Source: a virus
Taxonomy: Duplodnaviria; Caudoviricetes
Virus record (IMG/VR): IMGVR_UViG_3300026311_000012
Location: 1 to 64,000 of that record
Length of the DNA: 64,000 nucleotides
Reading direction: 5' to 3' (one strand)
Shown here: piece by piece, positions 10,785 to 20,196 of the stretch
Numbering within the stretch: position 1 is the first letter of the stretch
How the letters are laid out: the number at the start of each line of letters is the position of its first letter
Made by a program: the position numbers and the translations under genes
Notes under the pieces: model-generated
What the model saw: only the letters and a program-made list of their open reading frames with translations
Told to the model about the DNA's origin: nothing
The model's database searches: none

Positions 10785-13700
10785 CATTGTCGTTTTATAA
10801 TATTTAATTTTAGGGTTTTTATATGCCTTATCCCAAAATGTATTGGATGTTACCGTTTTAATCTGTTTTTGTCTTGAATTTTGAGTAAGAGTTATACGAT
10901 CTTCACGTAATATCATTAAGTAAATTAATGAAGAAACTCGGTCAGCATTTATTTCATTATTATAAGAAATAAGTTCTTGTATAAGAGCTGGAGATCGTAT
11001 GGTTTGTAAATTAGTTACAATATCCTCTTCAGCTTCCTCATCCTCGTTAGCCGCATATGCTCTTTTTTCTAACCAGGAAAGTATCAATTCTATCCCCCAA
11101 TTTATAACCGGAACTGAACCATGTGTGCCTTTAGATTGATTTCCAGTACCACCTCCTTTTACTAAACCCTTCTCTTTTAATACGTCTGGTTCATCGCATA
11201 ATAAAAATAAACTATTAGAATTCTTCATATGTGGATAAAATCCCTTTAAGTTTCTTTCATAGTTACACATTGCATTATAATATAATAAACATCTACGCCA
11301 CTGTTCATAAAAATCTTCAGTAAGCTTTGTTCTACCAGTGTATTCAACTACTATTTTATCTGTCCAACTATCTAAAATAAATCCTGATAAAAGAGAATGA
11401 TCTACATCATCTCCTCCATCATTATCAACTGGGTCAAGTGAAGCTAAATATCTACCAAAAGGAGGTTTGCCAGAAGAATCAGTTTTTGGTAATTCCCATA
11501 TTTCAATTGCAGTATCTAAAATATCTCCACGTCTATGAGGAAATTCACGAAGTACAGGCTTATCAGATAATGACCAATCTATCTTTCCATCTTTAATAAA
11601 AAATTGAACCTTCCAAGAAGCCTCTAATATTTTTTTATTTTGCTCAATCTCACCTAGTTGTTGACGTAAGTCTTCTATTGGGAAAAAATTTCCTTCTACA
11701 GTAAGAAATATATCTGATGGTTTTAACGGCTTGTTAATAATCTCAGCCATATACTTTCTTCTGTTACCAGAAGATTTAGCTTTATCAATTTCTTCTTCTA
11801 TATATCTTTTAGAATTATCTTCATCTGTTATCATATTAGGACCCTTTTTAAACTTATTTATAGTATGAGTCCCAGGAATAAAAAAACCTATTTTTCCTTT
11901 ATTTTCCCAAATATCTTCAAATGACAAACAGTTAAACTCTTCAGGATTGTAAAAAATTTCTTTTGTATAAGTAACAGCACCATGTGTAGAAAGACCACCA
12001 GTACCTAATCCATATATTACCAAGTTCTTATAATCAGAAGAAGCTTGAGTAGATTCAAGAGCTCCCCAAACTTCAACAAGATTGTTCATAAAACCAACCT
12101 CTTCTAAAAAGACACGATTAGGACGAGTTCCGTTAGCAGCTAATGGATCATCCATAAAAGTTCTATGATTTATAACAGATCCTAAATATGAAGATAACGT
12201 TTTTCCAGAGGCCAATGACCCAGAAAAACTAACATATAGTGGAGATGGATATATCTCTGAATTTATTATTTGTTTATCAGGAAGATGCTCCATAGCAATC
12301 TTAACCTTTTTTAACAAATCATCAGAATATTTACTTTCAATTGCTCCTACTACAGTATCTGATGTTAAAGGGGATTTATTGATTTTATTTTCAAGATATA
12401 CATCATAATCAAATGCGCCATCAAAAAGAAAGTTATGAAGTATTAATGCACTAGACCAATAACTATTGTGAGTAACAACGAAATCTCTTGTAAGATAAGT
12501 ATGATCCTTATTATCTACCATTATACAAGAAGATTCTTCTTGATAATCTAGCTTTTTAATATTTACAATAGATACCCAATTTTTTCTCTTCATTGGGCGA
12601 ATGCGTTCTAGTTTTCTAGGTAATTTAAACACAGGAAGGTCTGTCCTCAAATAGGCTCTATATATTATACTTCTATAACAATCATGTCCTTTTATATTGT
12701 GTAATTGATCTGATCTATTATCAATTCCTTTCCTACATTGTATCCCTAAACTTCTAGCTACTTCAATTAGATCATCTACTAATGTTTCATTTGTATTAGT
12801 AAACTCTATACTTCCTTCTATTGTTATTGAACCATCTGTATCAAGTAATCCCTGTAATAATGACAAACGTTGCTCTATAGATCCTAATTTATATATTTCT
12901 GGAATAAATTTTTCAGAGCATTTTTTATTAATACCTAAAGAAACTATAGCATTATGAAGAGGATTTGTTTGAATTTTATCTTTTCTGATTTTACATTTGT
13001 CATCACCTATATATTTTAAAGTATAGTTGTTTGTTGTAGAAGTGTCATAATTTAGACTATATTTATATTCTAATAACTTATTGATTTCTTCTAGTATAAA
13101 TAAGTCAGAACTAGACAGTTTTGGAGTGATTGTTGTCATCATTCCATCTCCTAACAATACTCCTAGTACATAAGGATCTATAGGTAAATCTTTCTCAATA
13201 TATTCTACTGGACTATTATTTTTAATTTTAAACCTATATGAATTACCACCATTTTTTGTATGTTTATAGGTCAAACCAAGTTTTAATAAATCTTTAGTTT
13301 CTAAAACTCTTTTATTTTTACCATCAAAAACTTCCCATTGATGCTCTAAACCACATCTAACTTTTCTTCCATCGTGTAATTCGAGTTCATAAACATCATC
13401 CATTCCTTGATAAAAAACTTTTATAACTCTGGTGGGTAGACCATCTGAACCAACCACAAAATCTCCTTCTTTTATATTACCCATTATGGTATAACCAGTA
13501 GGAGTTATAAGTATTTCAGAATGAGGAAGTTGCTTGCCGCCTCCTCTCGCTTCAAGGTCTAATACATTCTTAGCCTGATTATTATATAATGGTTTGCCCA
13601 TATCTCCAGGATGTATCTTCCTTAAATACTCTCTTGCTGGGACATATATCCTTTTCTTTACTTCATCTTCTGTAATCCAACCATATCTAAGTGCCTTTTC

Positions 13701-14045
13701 TTTTTCAGGACCATAGTTTCTATCACATGTATGAAGCGTATCATCACTAAAACCAGAAAAGCCCATAGCTTCTTCATAAACATATGCTTTCTCCCATTCA
13801 ATATCTCTAAGCCATGGTCTACCAAGTTTTCTAGAGGCAGCTCCAGCTTCTTCAAATCTTATAGTATGAAAATTAACATAATAATATAAAGTCCCAGGCA
13901 TCCATTTACCTGAGACCCAATAGCCTTCCACACACCTGCGTTTTTGTATTTTCCAATAGGTTAATCTATCATACTTTTGAGAAATTGCATGAAATTTAGG
14001 AATATGTGGTTCTATGAAGTTTGAGTTGTTAATCATATTCCCCAA
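10782..14045 (-). CDS. terL: Terminase large subunit, intein-containing
   Basis: Walker A ARGGGK/S split by the intein; Walker B VFLEEVG; nuclease motifs LDPVD and NADRVS. Confidence 0.9.
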   Translation of the reverse strand: MGNMINNSNFIEPHIPKFHAISQKYDRLTYWKIQKRRCVEGYWVSGKWMPGTLYYYVNFHTIRFEEAGAASRKLGRPWLRDIEWEKAYVYEEAMGFSGFSDDTLHTCDRNYGPEKEKALRYGWITEDEVKKRIYVPAREYLRKIHPGDMGKPLYNNQAKNVLDLEARGGGKQLPHSEILITPTGYTIMGNIKEGDFVVGSDGLPTRVIKVFYQGMDDVYELELHDGRKVRCGLEHQWEVFDGKNKRVLETKDLLKLGLTYKHTKNGGNSYRFKIKNNSPVEYIEKDLPIDPYVLGVLLGDGMMTTITPKLSSSDLFILEEINKLLEYKYSLNYDTSTTNNYTLKYIGDDKCKIRKDKIQTNPLHNAIVSLGINKKCSEKFIPEIYKLGSIEQRLSLLQGLLDTDGSITIEGSIEFTNTNETLVDDLIEVARSLGIQCRKGIDNRSDQLHNIKGHDCYRSIIYRAYLRTDLPVFKLPRKLERIRPMKRKNWVSIVNIKKLDYQEESSCIMVDNKDHTYLTRDFVVTHNSYWSSALILHNFLFDGAFDYDVYLENKINKSPLTSDTVVGAIESKYSDDLLKKVKIAMEHLPDKQIINSEIYPSPLYVSFSGSLASGKTLSSYLGSVINHRTFMDDPLAANGTRPNRVFLEEVGFMNNLVEVWGALESTQASSDYKNLVIYGLGTGGLSTHGAVTYTKEIFYNPEEFNCLSFEDIWENKGKIGFFIPGTHTINKFKKGPNMITDEDNSKRYIEEEIDKAKSSGNRRKYMAEIINKPLKPSDIFLTVEGNFFPIEDLRQQLGEIEQNKKILEASWKVQFFIKDGKIDWSLSDKPVLREFPHRRGDILDTAIEIWELPKTDSSGKPPFGRYLASLDPVDNDGGDDVDHSLLSGFILDSWTDKIVVEYTGRTKLTEDFYEQWRRCLLYYNAMCNYERNLKGFYPHMKNSNSLFLLCDEPDVLKEKGLVKGGGTGNQSKGTHGSVPVINWGIELILSWLEKRAYAANEDEEAEEDIVTNLQTIRSPALIQELISYNNEINADRVSSLIYLMILREDRITLTQNSRQKQIKTVTSNTFWDKAYKNPKIKYYKTTM
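12465..13532 (-). mobile_element. Class 3 intein (356 aa) with LAGLIDADG homing endonuclease
   Basis: Begins with Gln after GGGK, ends VVTHN/S; WCT triplet (EHQW, SSCIMV, VTHN); LAGLIDADG blocks YVLGVLLGDG and LLQGLLDTDGS. Confidence 0.85.
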
Positions 14046-14287
14046 AAATTCCTGATATAATAATATGAAGTATTTGTCATAAAATCTTCAAACAACCTTT
14101 TAACAGATGTTTCATAATCTCCATTTACATCCCGCTTTATAAAAAAATTACCTATTCCTAATTTTATTTGAAGTTTGCCATCTACTTCTTCTTCTTGAAA
14201 TTGAATATTTTTGATATCTCTTTTCATACTATTAAGATACCTATCAACTCTACTTTTATTTATTTCTTTAGACTTCATTTGTTTCAC
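14033..14287 (-). CDS. Hypothetical protein
   Basis: 84 aa, overlaps both neighbours. Confidence 0.6.
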   Translation of the reverse strand: MKQMKSKEINKSRVDRYLNSMKRDIKNIQFQEEEVDGKLQIKLGIGNFFIKRDVNGDYETSVKRLFEDFMTNTSYYYIRNFWGI

Positions 14288-14852
14288 TCATTGATTTTGG
14301 TTTATTACCTCTACCTCTTTTAATTTCATCCTCTTCTATTTCCTTTTTTATTTTTTGGAAATCAGAATACATTTTAGGAGTAGTACTAAAAGCTTTATCT
14401 AATTGTTCAGCTGTACCTTTGATTGTGACAAATTGACCTGTTCTTGTCAAAACGTTATCTCCATTGTCGTTTGTGGCATATTTATCAAAGTAATAATCTT
14501 GTGTTTTCAAGTATTTATCTCTTTTGAACATCAATTCCTCCCATGCCAAAAGAGACCGTTCTGCTTGAGTAAGTACTGATTGTTTAAACATACTAACAAT
14601 GTCGTCGTAATCATCCCAATTAATATCCTTTTTTACAATATCCTTAGCTGCAAGTTCCCACTTATTTGGTAAATTATACATCGGGGAATCTCTCTTAACA
14701 CAAAATGCTATCGCCCACATTATATTAGAAGAAAATGTTTTATTTTTCTCTTTTTTATAAAACTTATCAAATAGATCTATAATTCGAAAATGTGGAAAAG
14801 TCTCCCAAAAATTATTAGAACTATTCCATTTTTCAATCATGTTTTCATTCAT
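14268..14852 (-). CDS. Hypothetical protein (candidate terminase small subunit)
   Basis: 194 aa, probably helical, just upstream of TerL; function inferred from position only. Confidence 0.45.
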   Translation of the reverse strand: MNENMIEKWNSSNNFWETFPHFRIIDLFDKFYKKEKNKTFSSNIMWAIAFCVKRDSPMYNLPNKWELAAKDIVKKDINWDDYDDIVSMFKQSVLTQAERSLLAWEELMFKRDKYLKTQDYYFDKYATNDNGDNVLTRTGQFVTIKGTAEQLDKAFSTTPKMYSDFQKIKKEIEEDEIKRGRGNKPKSMSETNEV

Positions 14853-14891
14853 AATAACTTTAATCTCTTTAATTTATTACTATTACTTGGA

Positions 14892-15194
14892 TTAATCCTC
14901 ACAATCATCAAATTCCTCTTCTTGATCTTCTCCACTATTATCAAGATTTTGTTGTTTTCTAATTTTAGCATTTTCTATTGCAAGTATTACTTTTTCAGAA
15001 AAATAAAATGTACCAAGATGTTTTAATAATATATTATGATAAGAATCTAAATTTGCCTTATCACCAGTTTCCATACAATCTCTTAAAAATTCAAATTGAT
15101 GATAAAAGATATCTTCGACAAGCTGATATGATTTACCTGTTTCAGCAGCTACTTCTTTTATGATGTTTCTAACTAACAGTTGGGTACTTCTCAT
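14892..15194 (-). CDS. IHF/HU-like DNA-binding protein
   Basis: IIKEVAAETG...ILLKHLGTF pattern; usual crAss position near TerL. Confidence 0.7.
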   Translation of the reverse strand: MRSTQLLVRNIIKEVAAETGKSYQLVEDIFYHQFEFLRDCMETGDKANLDSYHNILLKHLGTFYFSEKVILAIENAKIRKQQNLDNSGEDQEEEFDDCED

Positions 15195-15345
15195 GTAATT
15201 TTTTTACATAGTTAAGTATTTCATCTAAATCTATTAATACATCTTCTACATTACCAGAACTATCTAATATGTACAATGCTACTTTTTTCACATCTTCATA
15301 TTCTGTAGAAAAGAACTCATCGACAAGCTCATCATCTAAGAACAT
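15169..15345 (-). CDS. Small acidic hypothetical protein (58 aa)
   Basis: Not on the track: MFLDDELVDEFF...EKYPTVS, fills the gap between neighbours. Confidence 0.5.
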   Translation of the reverse strand: MFLDDELVDEFFSTEYEDVKKVALYILDSSGNVEDVLIDLDEILNYVKKLHEKYPTVS

Positions 15346-15706
15346 TTTTCTCTATATTAAAGTTAAATTCTATTTTATATGTATCTCCAGGAAATATTTG
15401 AAGCATTGTAACTAATCTACCTGTGTTATCAATTAATCCAGTCTTCCTGATAAGAGATAGATTATTATTAAACACATCTTCTTTCATCCCTATATATCCT
15501 CTTATCTCTTTTCTAGTAATTTTATTATTTATAACCCTCCACCGAACATCTTCTTCAAGATCCTTATATAAATAATTATAATACATTATACTAGATAACA
15601 CGTCAAGTTCCTTATTGCGAAGTTTATCAAGAGGTGGAAAACTATGTAACACCTCTAATATTTGTCTAAAAAACTTCCTATCATCCGTTGCTATTGCCAA
15701 CTTCAT
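15332..15706 (-). CDS. Putative winged-HTH protein
   Basis: 124 aa, RKEIRGYIGM...NNLSLIRKTGLI. Confidence 0.5.
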   Translation of the reverse strand: MKLAIATDDRKFFRQILEVLHSFPPLDKLRNKELDVLSSIMYYNYLYKDLEEDVRWRVINNKITRKEIRGYIGMKEDVFNNNLSLIRKTGLIDNTGRLVTMLQIFPGDTYKIEFNFNIEKNVLR

Positions 15707-15893
15707 TTTTCAACTCCCTTATAAAATTTTCTAAAAAAAATCTTTCTTCTTTTGTATATCCATTTCTGAATCCTTTCTTAGATGCATCCTTATGAACTTT
15801 ATCCATTATCCCCATAAACACTGACAATGTAGGAAATTCAGAAGTATTAGTTAATTTAAAAGAAAGACTGTCTTCTCTAGTTATCTCCATCAT
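15681..15893 (-). CDS. Hypothetical protein
   Basis: 70 aa, overlapping operon. Confidence 0.55.
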   Translation of the reverse strand: MMEITREDSLSFKLTNTSEFPTLSVFMGIMDKVHKDASKKGFRNGYTKEERFFLENFIRELKNEVGNSNG

Positions 15894-16128
15894 ATTTCTT
15901 ATTGTTTTTAATTAACGTCCAATACAGGGATAACTGAAGTTCTGTTAAGTTTTCCACAGTATTTCCCTGTATTGGCGTTAAAGGCGACTCTATTGCTGTC
16001 TTAAATTCTTCTCCATCATATAAGACTATATCTCCATTTGAAGTCGCATAAAGTTCTCCAACCACAAGTTTATTTGCCTTTTTTAGAGGCGATTCTCCGT
16101 ATTCATATATAACATTAAAATTTTCCAT
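15877..16128 (-). CDS. Hypothetical protein
   Basis: 83 aa, directly behind a promoter. Confidence 0.6.
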   Translation of the reverse strand: MENFNVIYEYGESPLKKANKLVVGELYATSNGDIVLYDGEEFKTAIESPLTPIQGNTVENLTELQLSLYWTLIKNNKKYDGDN

Positions 16129-16133
16129 TTGTG

Positions 16134-16166
16134 CAAAGATACAAAATTATTTTTAAATATCCTAAT
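16134..16166 (-). promoter_or_regulatory. Bacteroidota-type promoter
   Basis: TATCTTTG (16141..16134) with ATTAGG at the same spacing as at 7349, 10724 and 18974. Confidence 0.6.
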
Positions 16167-16455
16167 TTTTTGTTATTAGTACTGTTAAAAGACCATCCTC
16201 TAATGTAGCCAATGACTCAATTTTGTTAATATTGCTCGGTAAAGGATAAACATATATAAAAGGATCACAAAAGTGATTACCCTCGAATACCACTTTTAAA
16301 TGCTCTTTGGACATTAATATCTTAAATACTTCTGTTGATTGAGCACCAGGTACTGCGAGGGTAATAACAATTTGTTTATCTGTCTCTTCTTCCCTATAAT
16401 ATTTCTCTCCGAGACCGAGTGTTTTTTGTAATTGATATATACCTCTTGTTAGCAC
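16162..16455 (-). CDS. Hsp20/alpha-crystallin-like chaperone
   Basis: EETDKQIVITLAVPG and ATLEDGLLTVLITK motifs. Confidence 0.7.
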   Translation of the reverse strand: MLTRGIYQLQKTLGLGEKYYREEETDKQIVITLAVPGAQSTEVFKILMSKEHLKVVFEGNHFCDPFIYVYPLPSNINKIESLATLEDGLLTVLITKN

Positions 16456-16790
16456 TAAAGTCGTATTTTAGAGGCAAGTTCATCAGGGTCTATAAAATTA
16501 TCAGGATGCACAGCAATCTGTACAGCACCTCTATGAATAAGCCCATATTGTTTTTCTGTACCATCTGGCATCTTTACAGGCCATCCATAAAACTTACCTG
16601 ATATCTTAATCAATATATCCCCCTCTTTTATATCAGTAATTGATTCATGAGCATGCAAAACAATTGCATATGCATCAGGAGATTCTGCTCCTTCAGGCGT
16701 AATTATCATTCTTTTTTTAGGCTCTTTCATTTCAATAATCATATGCCCTTCTGGTAAAATTGATTTCTTAAGATCTTTAATTTTTTCCAT
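16455..16790 (-). CDS. GroES-like co-chaperonin
   Basis: ILPEGHMIIE, IITP, DIKEGDIL patterns. Confidence 0.6.
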   Translation of the reverse strand: MEKIKDLKKSILPEGHMIIEMKEPKKRMIITPEGAESPDAYAIVLHAHESITDIKEGDILIKISGKFYGWPVKMPDGTEKQYGLIHRGAVQIAVHPDNFIDPDELASKIRL

Positions 16791-16856
16791 TATCTACCTT
16801 GTTTATTATATGGTTTAACATAATTTTTACTATGCTTATTTTTACTATCTTTTTTA

Positions 16857-17210
16857 TTAGCTTTTCCCGTCTTCTTGGAATTCGATTTGTAACTGCTCAT
16901 CTGAGCTTTGTCCTTTACTGCCATTTATTTTATTTTTTTCATACCAACTTAAAAATACTAAATTACACATTGCGTGAGATAAATGAGATAATCCTGATTC
17001 AGGATCTATCTTTTCTCCATTTCTCCAGGAAACTATATGCCTCATAAGAGCTGCAAAATATCTCTCTTCAAAAGGTGTAACATTTTGCCAATTATTATCT
17101 CCGTACTTAGTGCTACCAAAACTAAGTATCTTCACTACATCTTCTATACACTCCATTGGTAGAAGATCCCAACGAAGTTTACCTGTATCATACTTTAGAC
17201 CTGGCCCCAT
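16857..17210 (-). CDS. dATP/dGTP diphosphohydrolase domain protein (DUF5664-type)
   Basis: KYDTGKLRWDLLP...KYGDNNW...AALMRH...DPESGLSHLSHA. Confidence 0.85.
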   Translation of the reverse strand: MGPGLKYDTGKLRWDLLPMECIEDVVKILSFGSTKYGDNNWQNVTPFEERYFAALMRHIVSWRNGEKIDPESGLSHLSHAMCNLVFLSWYEKNKINGSKGQSSDEQLQIEFQEDGKS

Positions 17211-17533
17211 GCTACCAATGAATTAATATTATCAAACACTGGAATGTCGTTCTCTCTGGCGAGAGCTATTTCCCTTTTAGTTCCTTCTGAACTTCCCCAA
17301 CCTGGGGTAAGAAACACTGCGTCTGACGCAAGTAACCATGGCTGAGAGTTATCAAAGTAATCATTGTATTCAAATCCTCCATCAACCAATCCTTCTAGAA
17401 AATCGATACAAGGAACATATACACTAAATCCTGCTGATCTTACTTCCTTTGCCGTTTTAATCATTTTGTGACAATTCTTAATGTATCCTACGGCTGTATC
17501 ATTAAGCTTTCCTGCAATGTAAATTTTCTTCAT
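17195..17533 (-). CDS. DUF4406 / nucleoside deoxyribosyltransferase-like protein
   Basis: KIYIAG...DAVFLTPGWGSSEGTKREIALA. Confidence 0.75.
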   Translation of the reverse strand: MKKIYIAGKLNDTAVGYIKNCHKMIKTAKEVRSAGFSVYVPCIDFLEGLVDGGFEYNDYFDNSQPWLLASDAVFLTPGWGSSEGTKREIALARENDIPVFDNINSLVAWGQV

Positions 17534-17742
17534 TCTGTTTTTCTTTTTACTTCGTATACTTGCCCATGAAATGTAAAATGGGTATACCCTTTCAAATAAG
17601 CTTTTAAATGAGCTTTCTCAAAGTTTCTAGTTATTCTTATAACATCCTTATTCTGCTCAGGAGTAAATTCTTTAATTTGATGGCTTTTCATTATATTCCA
17701 ATCGAGAATGCCATTAAATGTTTGCTTTTTTTCTTCTTCCAT
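17530..17742 (-). CDS. Hypothetical protein
   Basis: 70 aa, EKAHLKAYLKG. Confidence 0.6.
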   Translation of the reverse strand: MEEEKKQTFNGILDWNIMKSHQIKEFTPEQNKDVIRITRNFEKAHLKAYLKGYTHFTFHGQVYEVKRKTE

Positions 17743-17760
17743 ATATTTTAAATTTCAATA

Positions 17761-17795
17761 CAAAGGTACAACATATTTCTAATATATGCAACAAA
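17761..17795 (-). promoter_or_regulatory. Bacteroidota-type promoter
   Basis: TACCTTTG (17768..17761) just upstream of the 17742 start. Confidence 0.55.
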
Positions 17796-17893
17796 AAAAA
17801 GGAGAAATTTTTGTTTCTCCCTACATTTTTATTACTAACAGAATCTAGATAAGAATTACTAGACTTTATCTGTTTAGATAACATTATAAACTT

Positions 17894-18664
17894 TTATTTC
17901 AATTTTTCTATTAATTCCTTAACAGTAATATCTTCCGCCCATTGTGGAAATTCAAGTATTCCTTTTTTAAAAAGAATTCTCTCTTTTCTCTTTCTTATAT
18001 TTTCTAATCTTTTAGAACTACAAGCTTTCTCAATTTTATCCTCTATCTCTTCTGGCTTGAGCTCATCATTTTTAATCTCTTCGGTTTTAATTTTTTCTAT
18101 GAACCAATTTATTTTATTTTTATCTATTCCGGTTCTAGAAGCAACTTCCACTAATATTTCCTTTTCTAATAATCTATCCCCATAATTATTATAAAGAGCA
18201 GCAATTATCCAAAGAGGTTTATAGTGTCTTTTTTTAATTAATTTTTTTAAACTTGATATCCGCTTTCTAAGATCTACTTTAAATATATCGTTACTGGGTA
18301 TTTCAAATTTTATATCACTTAAATCCTTATTTATATTATTAACATATAAAACTGTTACATCTTCAGTATTTCCTAATTTGTCTAAAAATATTACTTGATT
18401 TGGTCTTAAACTATCCCCATCTAATTTTATCTCTACGAAACTGATTAGCTTATCTTTTCTTAATAATAGATCTGGGTACCCAGAATCATAAGCTCTAAAA
18501 AGGGATCTAATATTATCATTAGAAGATATCCTATTATTTTTGATTTTTGAAGCATATCTAAAAAACACTTGATATCCTTGCTTCTTAAAGTATTCAGCAA
18601 TACTCTTTTCAGTCTCTTTATTAGTAGATACTAATTGTTCTACTTTGTAACTTACTTTCCTCAT
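17894..18664 (-). CDS. VRR-NUC (PD-(D/E)xK) nuclease domain protein
   Basis: GYPDLLL...FVEIK...LRPNQ. Confidence 0.75.
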   Translation of the reverse strand: MRKVSYKVEQLVSTNKETEKSIAEYFKKQGYQVFFRYASKIKNNRISSNDNIRSLFRAYDSGYPDLLLRKDKLISFVEIKLDGDSLRPNQVIFLDKLGNTEDVTVLYVNNINKDLSDIKFEIPSNDIFKVDLRKRISSLKKLIKKRHYKPLWIIAALYNNYGDRLLEKEILVEVASRTGIDKNKINWFIEKIKTEEIKNDELKPEEIEDKIEKACSSKRLENIRKRKERILFKKGILEFPQWAEDITVKELIEKLK

Positions 18665-18966
18665 AACTAATGAATCTTTACTTATTTATATAGTTTTTCC
18701 CTACTTAACAGAGAGTTAATTCATCAGTTATTAAAACTGAGCTACCTTAATTTTAAATCTTTTTCCTAACCAGTGCTGACCTATTTGCCTACCTCTGGAC
18801 ACTTCCATTCAATTGTTCTCTTCCTGTTAATTCAGGGACGTATACTACCGCCATCTGTGCCCAACAATTAGTACTTAAATTTAAAATCTCAGAGAAACCG
18901 CTCTTTATAAGCTGAGAAGCTCCCCTCTCTTCCATGTAAGGATACCCTACATTAATGAAATTTATG

Positions 18967-19033
18967 CAAAGATAATACATTTTTCGATAGCATCCAAATA
19001 TTTTGATAAAAAATTAGCAATATATGAACTTTA
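18967..19033 (-). promoter_or_regulatory. Bacteroidota-type promoter plus upstream 15-bp box
   Basis: TTTG-N20-TATCTTTG (18998..18967); AATATATGAACTTTA at 19019..19033. Confidence 0.7.
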
Positions 19034-19039
19034 TTTGAT

Positions 19040-19250
19040 AAAAATCTAAGATTCAATTTTAGAACTTAATATTTTTCTATAAAAAATACCCCCCTTTTTC
19101 TATATAAAATTTAGTACCCCCTGTAAAATACACCCCCCATGGGTTTTGGGGGAGAGGGATAGTGGGACTATTCCAGTCTACACCCCTACGGAAATTAGTG
19201 TTTGGGTTATACCCGATAGTGTTTTTTAGTATTAATTAAAATTGAGAAAT
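19040..19250. other. Divergent strand-switch region with C/G tracts (candidate origin or genome terminus)
   Basis: Non-coding; repeated TACCCCC-like tracts then G-tracts; gene orientation flips here. Confidence 0.4.
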
Positions 19251-19251
19251 T

Positions 19252-19527
19252 ATGAAATTGAATTTCTTTACAGTTGAAAGTGGCAACAAAGTTTGCCCAA
19301 CCTCAGAAGGTCTTATTGTTGCCAAAGGTGACATGAGTGATGAGGCTATCGCAGATGCACTCGAGAATGGTGACTGCAGAGTTGTTGAAGGTGAATGGAA
19401 AGGCAAACCTTCGAAGAGTATACTTGTGGGCTTTGGTTCACAGAATACTGTATCCATCGAAGTTAAGAAACTACAGGCTCGCAAGAGTACACCTGTAGTT
19501 GAGGTGGAGATTACATACCTTGACTAA
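19252..19527 (+). CDS. First early-region small protein
   Basis: 91 aa with A-rich leader and its own terminator. Confidence 0.7.
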   Translation: MKLNFFTVESGNKVCPTSEGLIVAKGDMSDEAIADALENGDCRVVEGEWKGKPSKSILVGFGSQNTVSIEVKKLQARKSTPVVEVEITYLD

Positions 19528-19530
19528 GGA

Positions 19531-19553
19531 AAGAGGAGCTTTGCTCCTTTTTT
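19531..19553 (+). terminator. Intrinsic terminator
   Basis: AGGAGC-TTT-GCTCCT-TTTTT. Confidence 0.75.
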
Positions 19554-20196
19554 CGTCGTAGGGTGGGTGGGTATCATTGGGCCAATATATCACCAAAGAA
19601 AGAGAAAAAGTAATATAAAAAGAGAAAGAAAGATTTAAGAATGTATATATATGGCTGTTCCAGCCAACATTGCTAACGCAATCCTTCCTCCCTTTACGGT
19701 TCCTTCCTAAAGGCGGAACCAAAGTTTATTTTTTTCCTTTATATCACCAAAGAACTCACCTAAAGTACTGAGAGAGAGAATGATACAGAGGGGAATACCC
19801 TTTCCCTTCCCCCTTTTTAATATATTTTACGATGTCCTTTTTATTCTCTCTCTCTTTCTTTTTATAAACTTTACTAAAACAGTTCTATTATGAAGCGGTA
19901 AGTATACATAAGTTCATATATTCATAATTATTGTAATGTGCCTCACAACAGGTACTAATGTTGTCGATGATTATTAGCCTGACGAGAAACGACTAATGAT
20001 TATGAATATTAGTGGCGAACAAGCCTGTTATTTAAGTCGTAAGTTTTATAAACATTTACTCGGAAAGCCCACATACACGTAGCGCAGCGTGTACAATTAA
20101 CTTGAGATCTATTGTGGCTGTGATCTCTTGTAAACTCCACCAGCAATGGGCAATTGGACAATCTACTGTGGTGAATAGCTTGGGTAGATATTTAAA

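Noticed and set aside
16857-17533. Z-genome (2-aminoadenine) or other base-substitution pathway
   Set aside because: The dATP/dGTP diphosphohydrolase domain is present, but no PurZ or other base-synthesis gene is recognisable in the window.
18789-19722. Minus-strand ORFs 18789..18980, 19236..19484, 19471..19722
   Set aside because: They overlap a promoter, a better plus-strand gene or low-complexity tracts.
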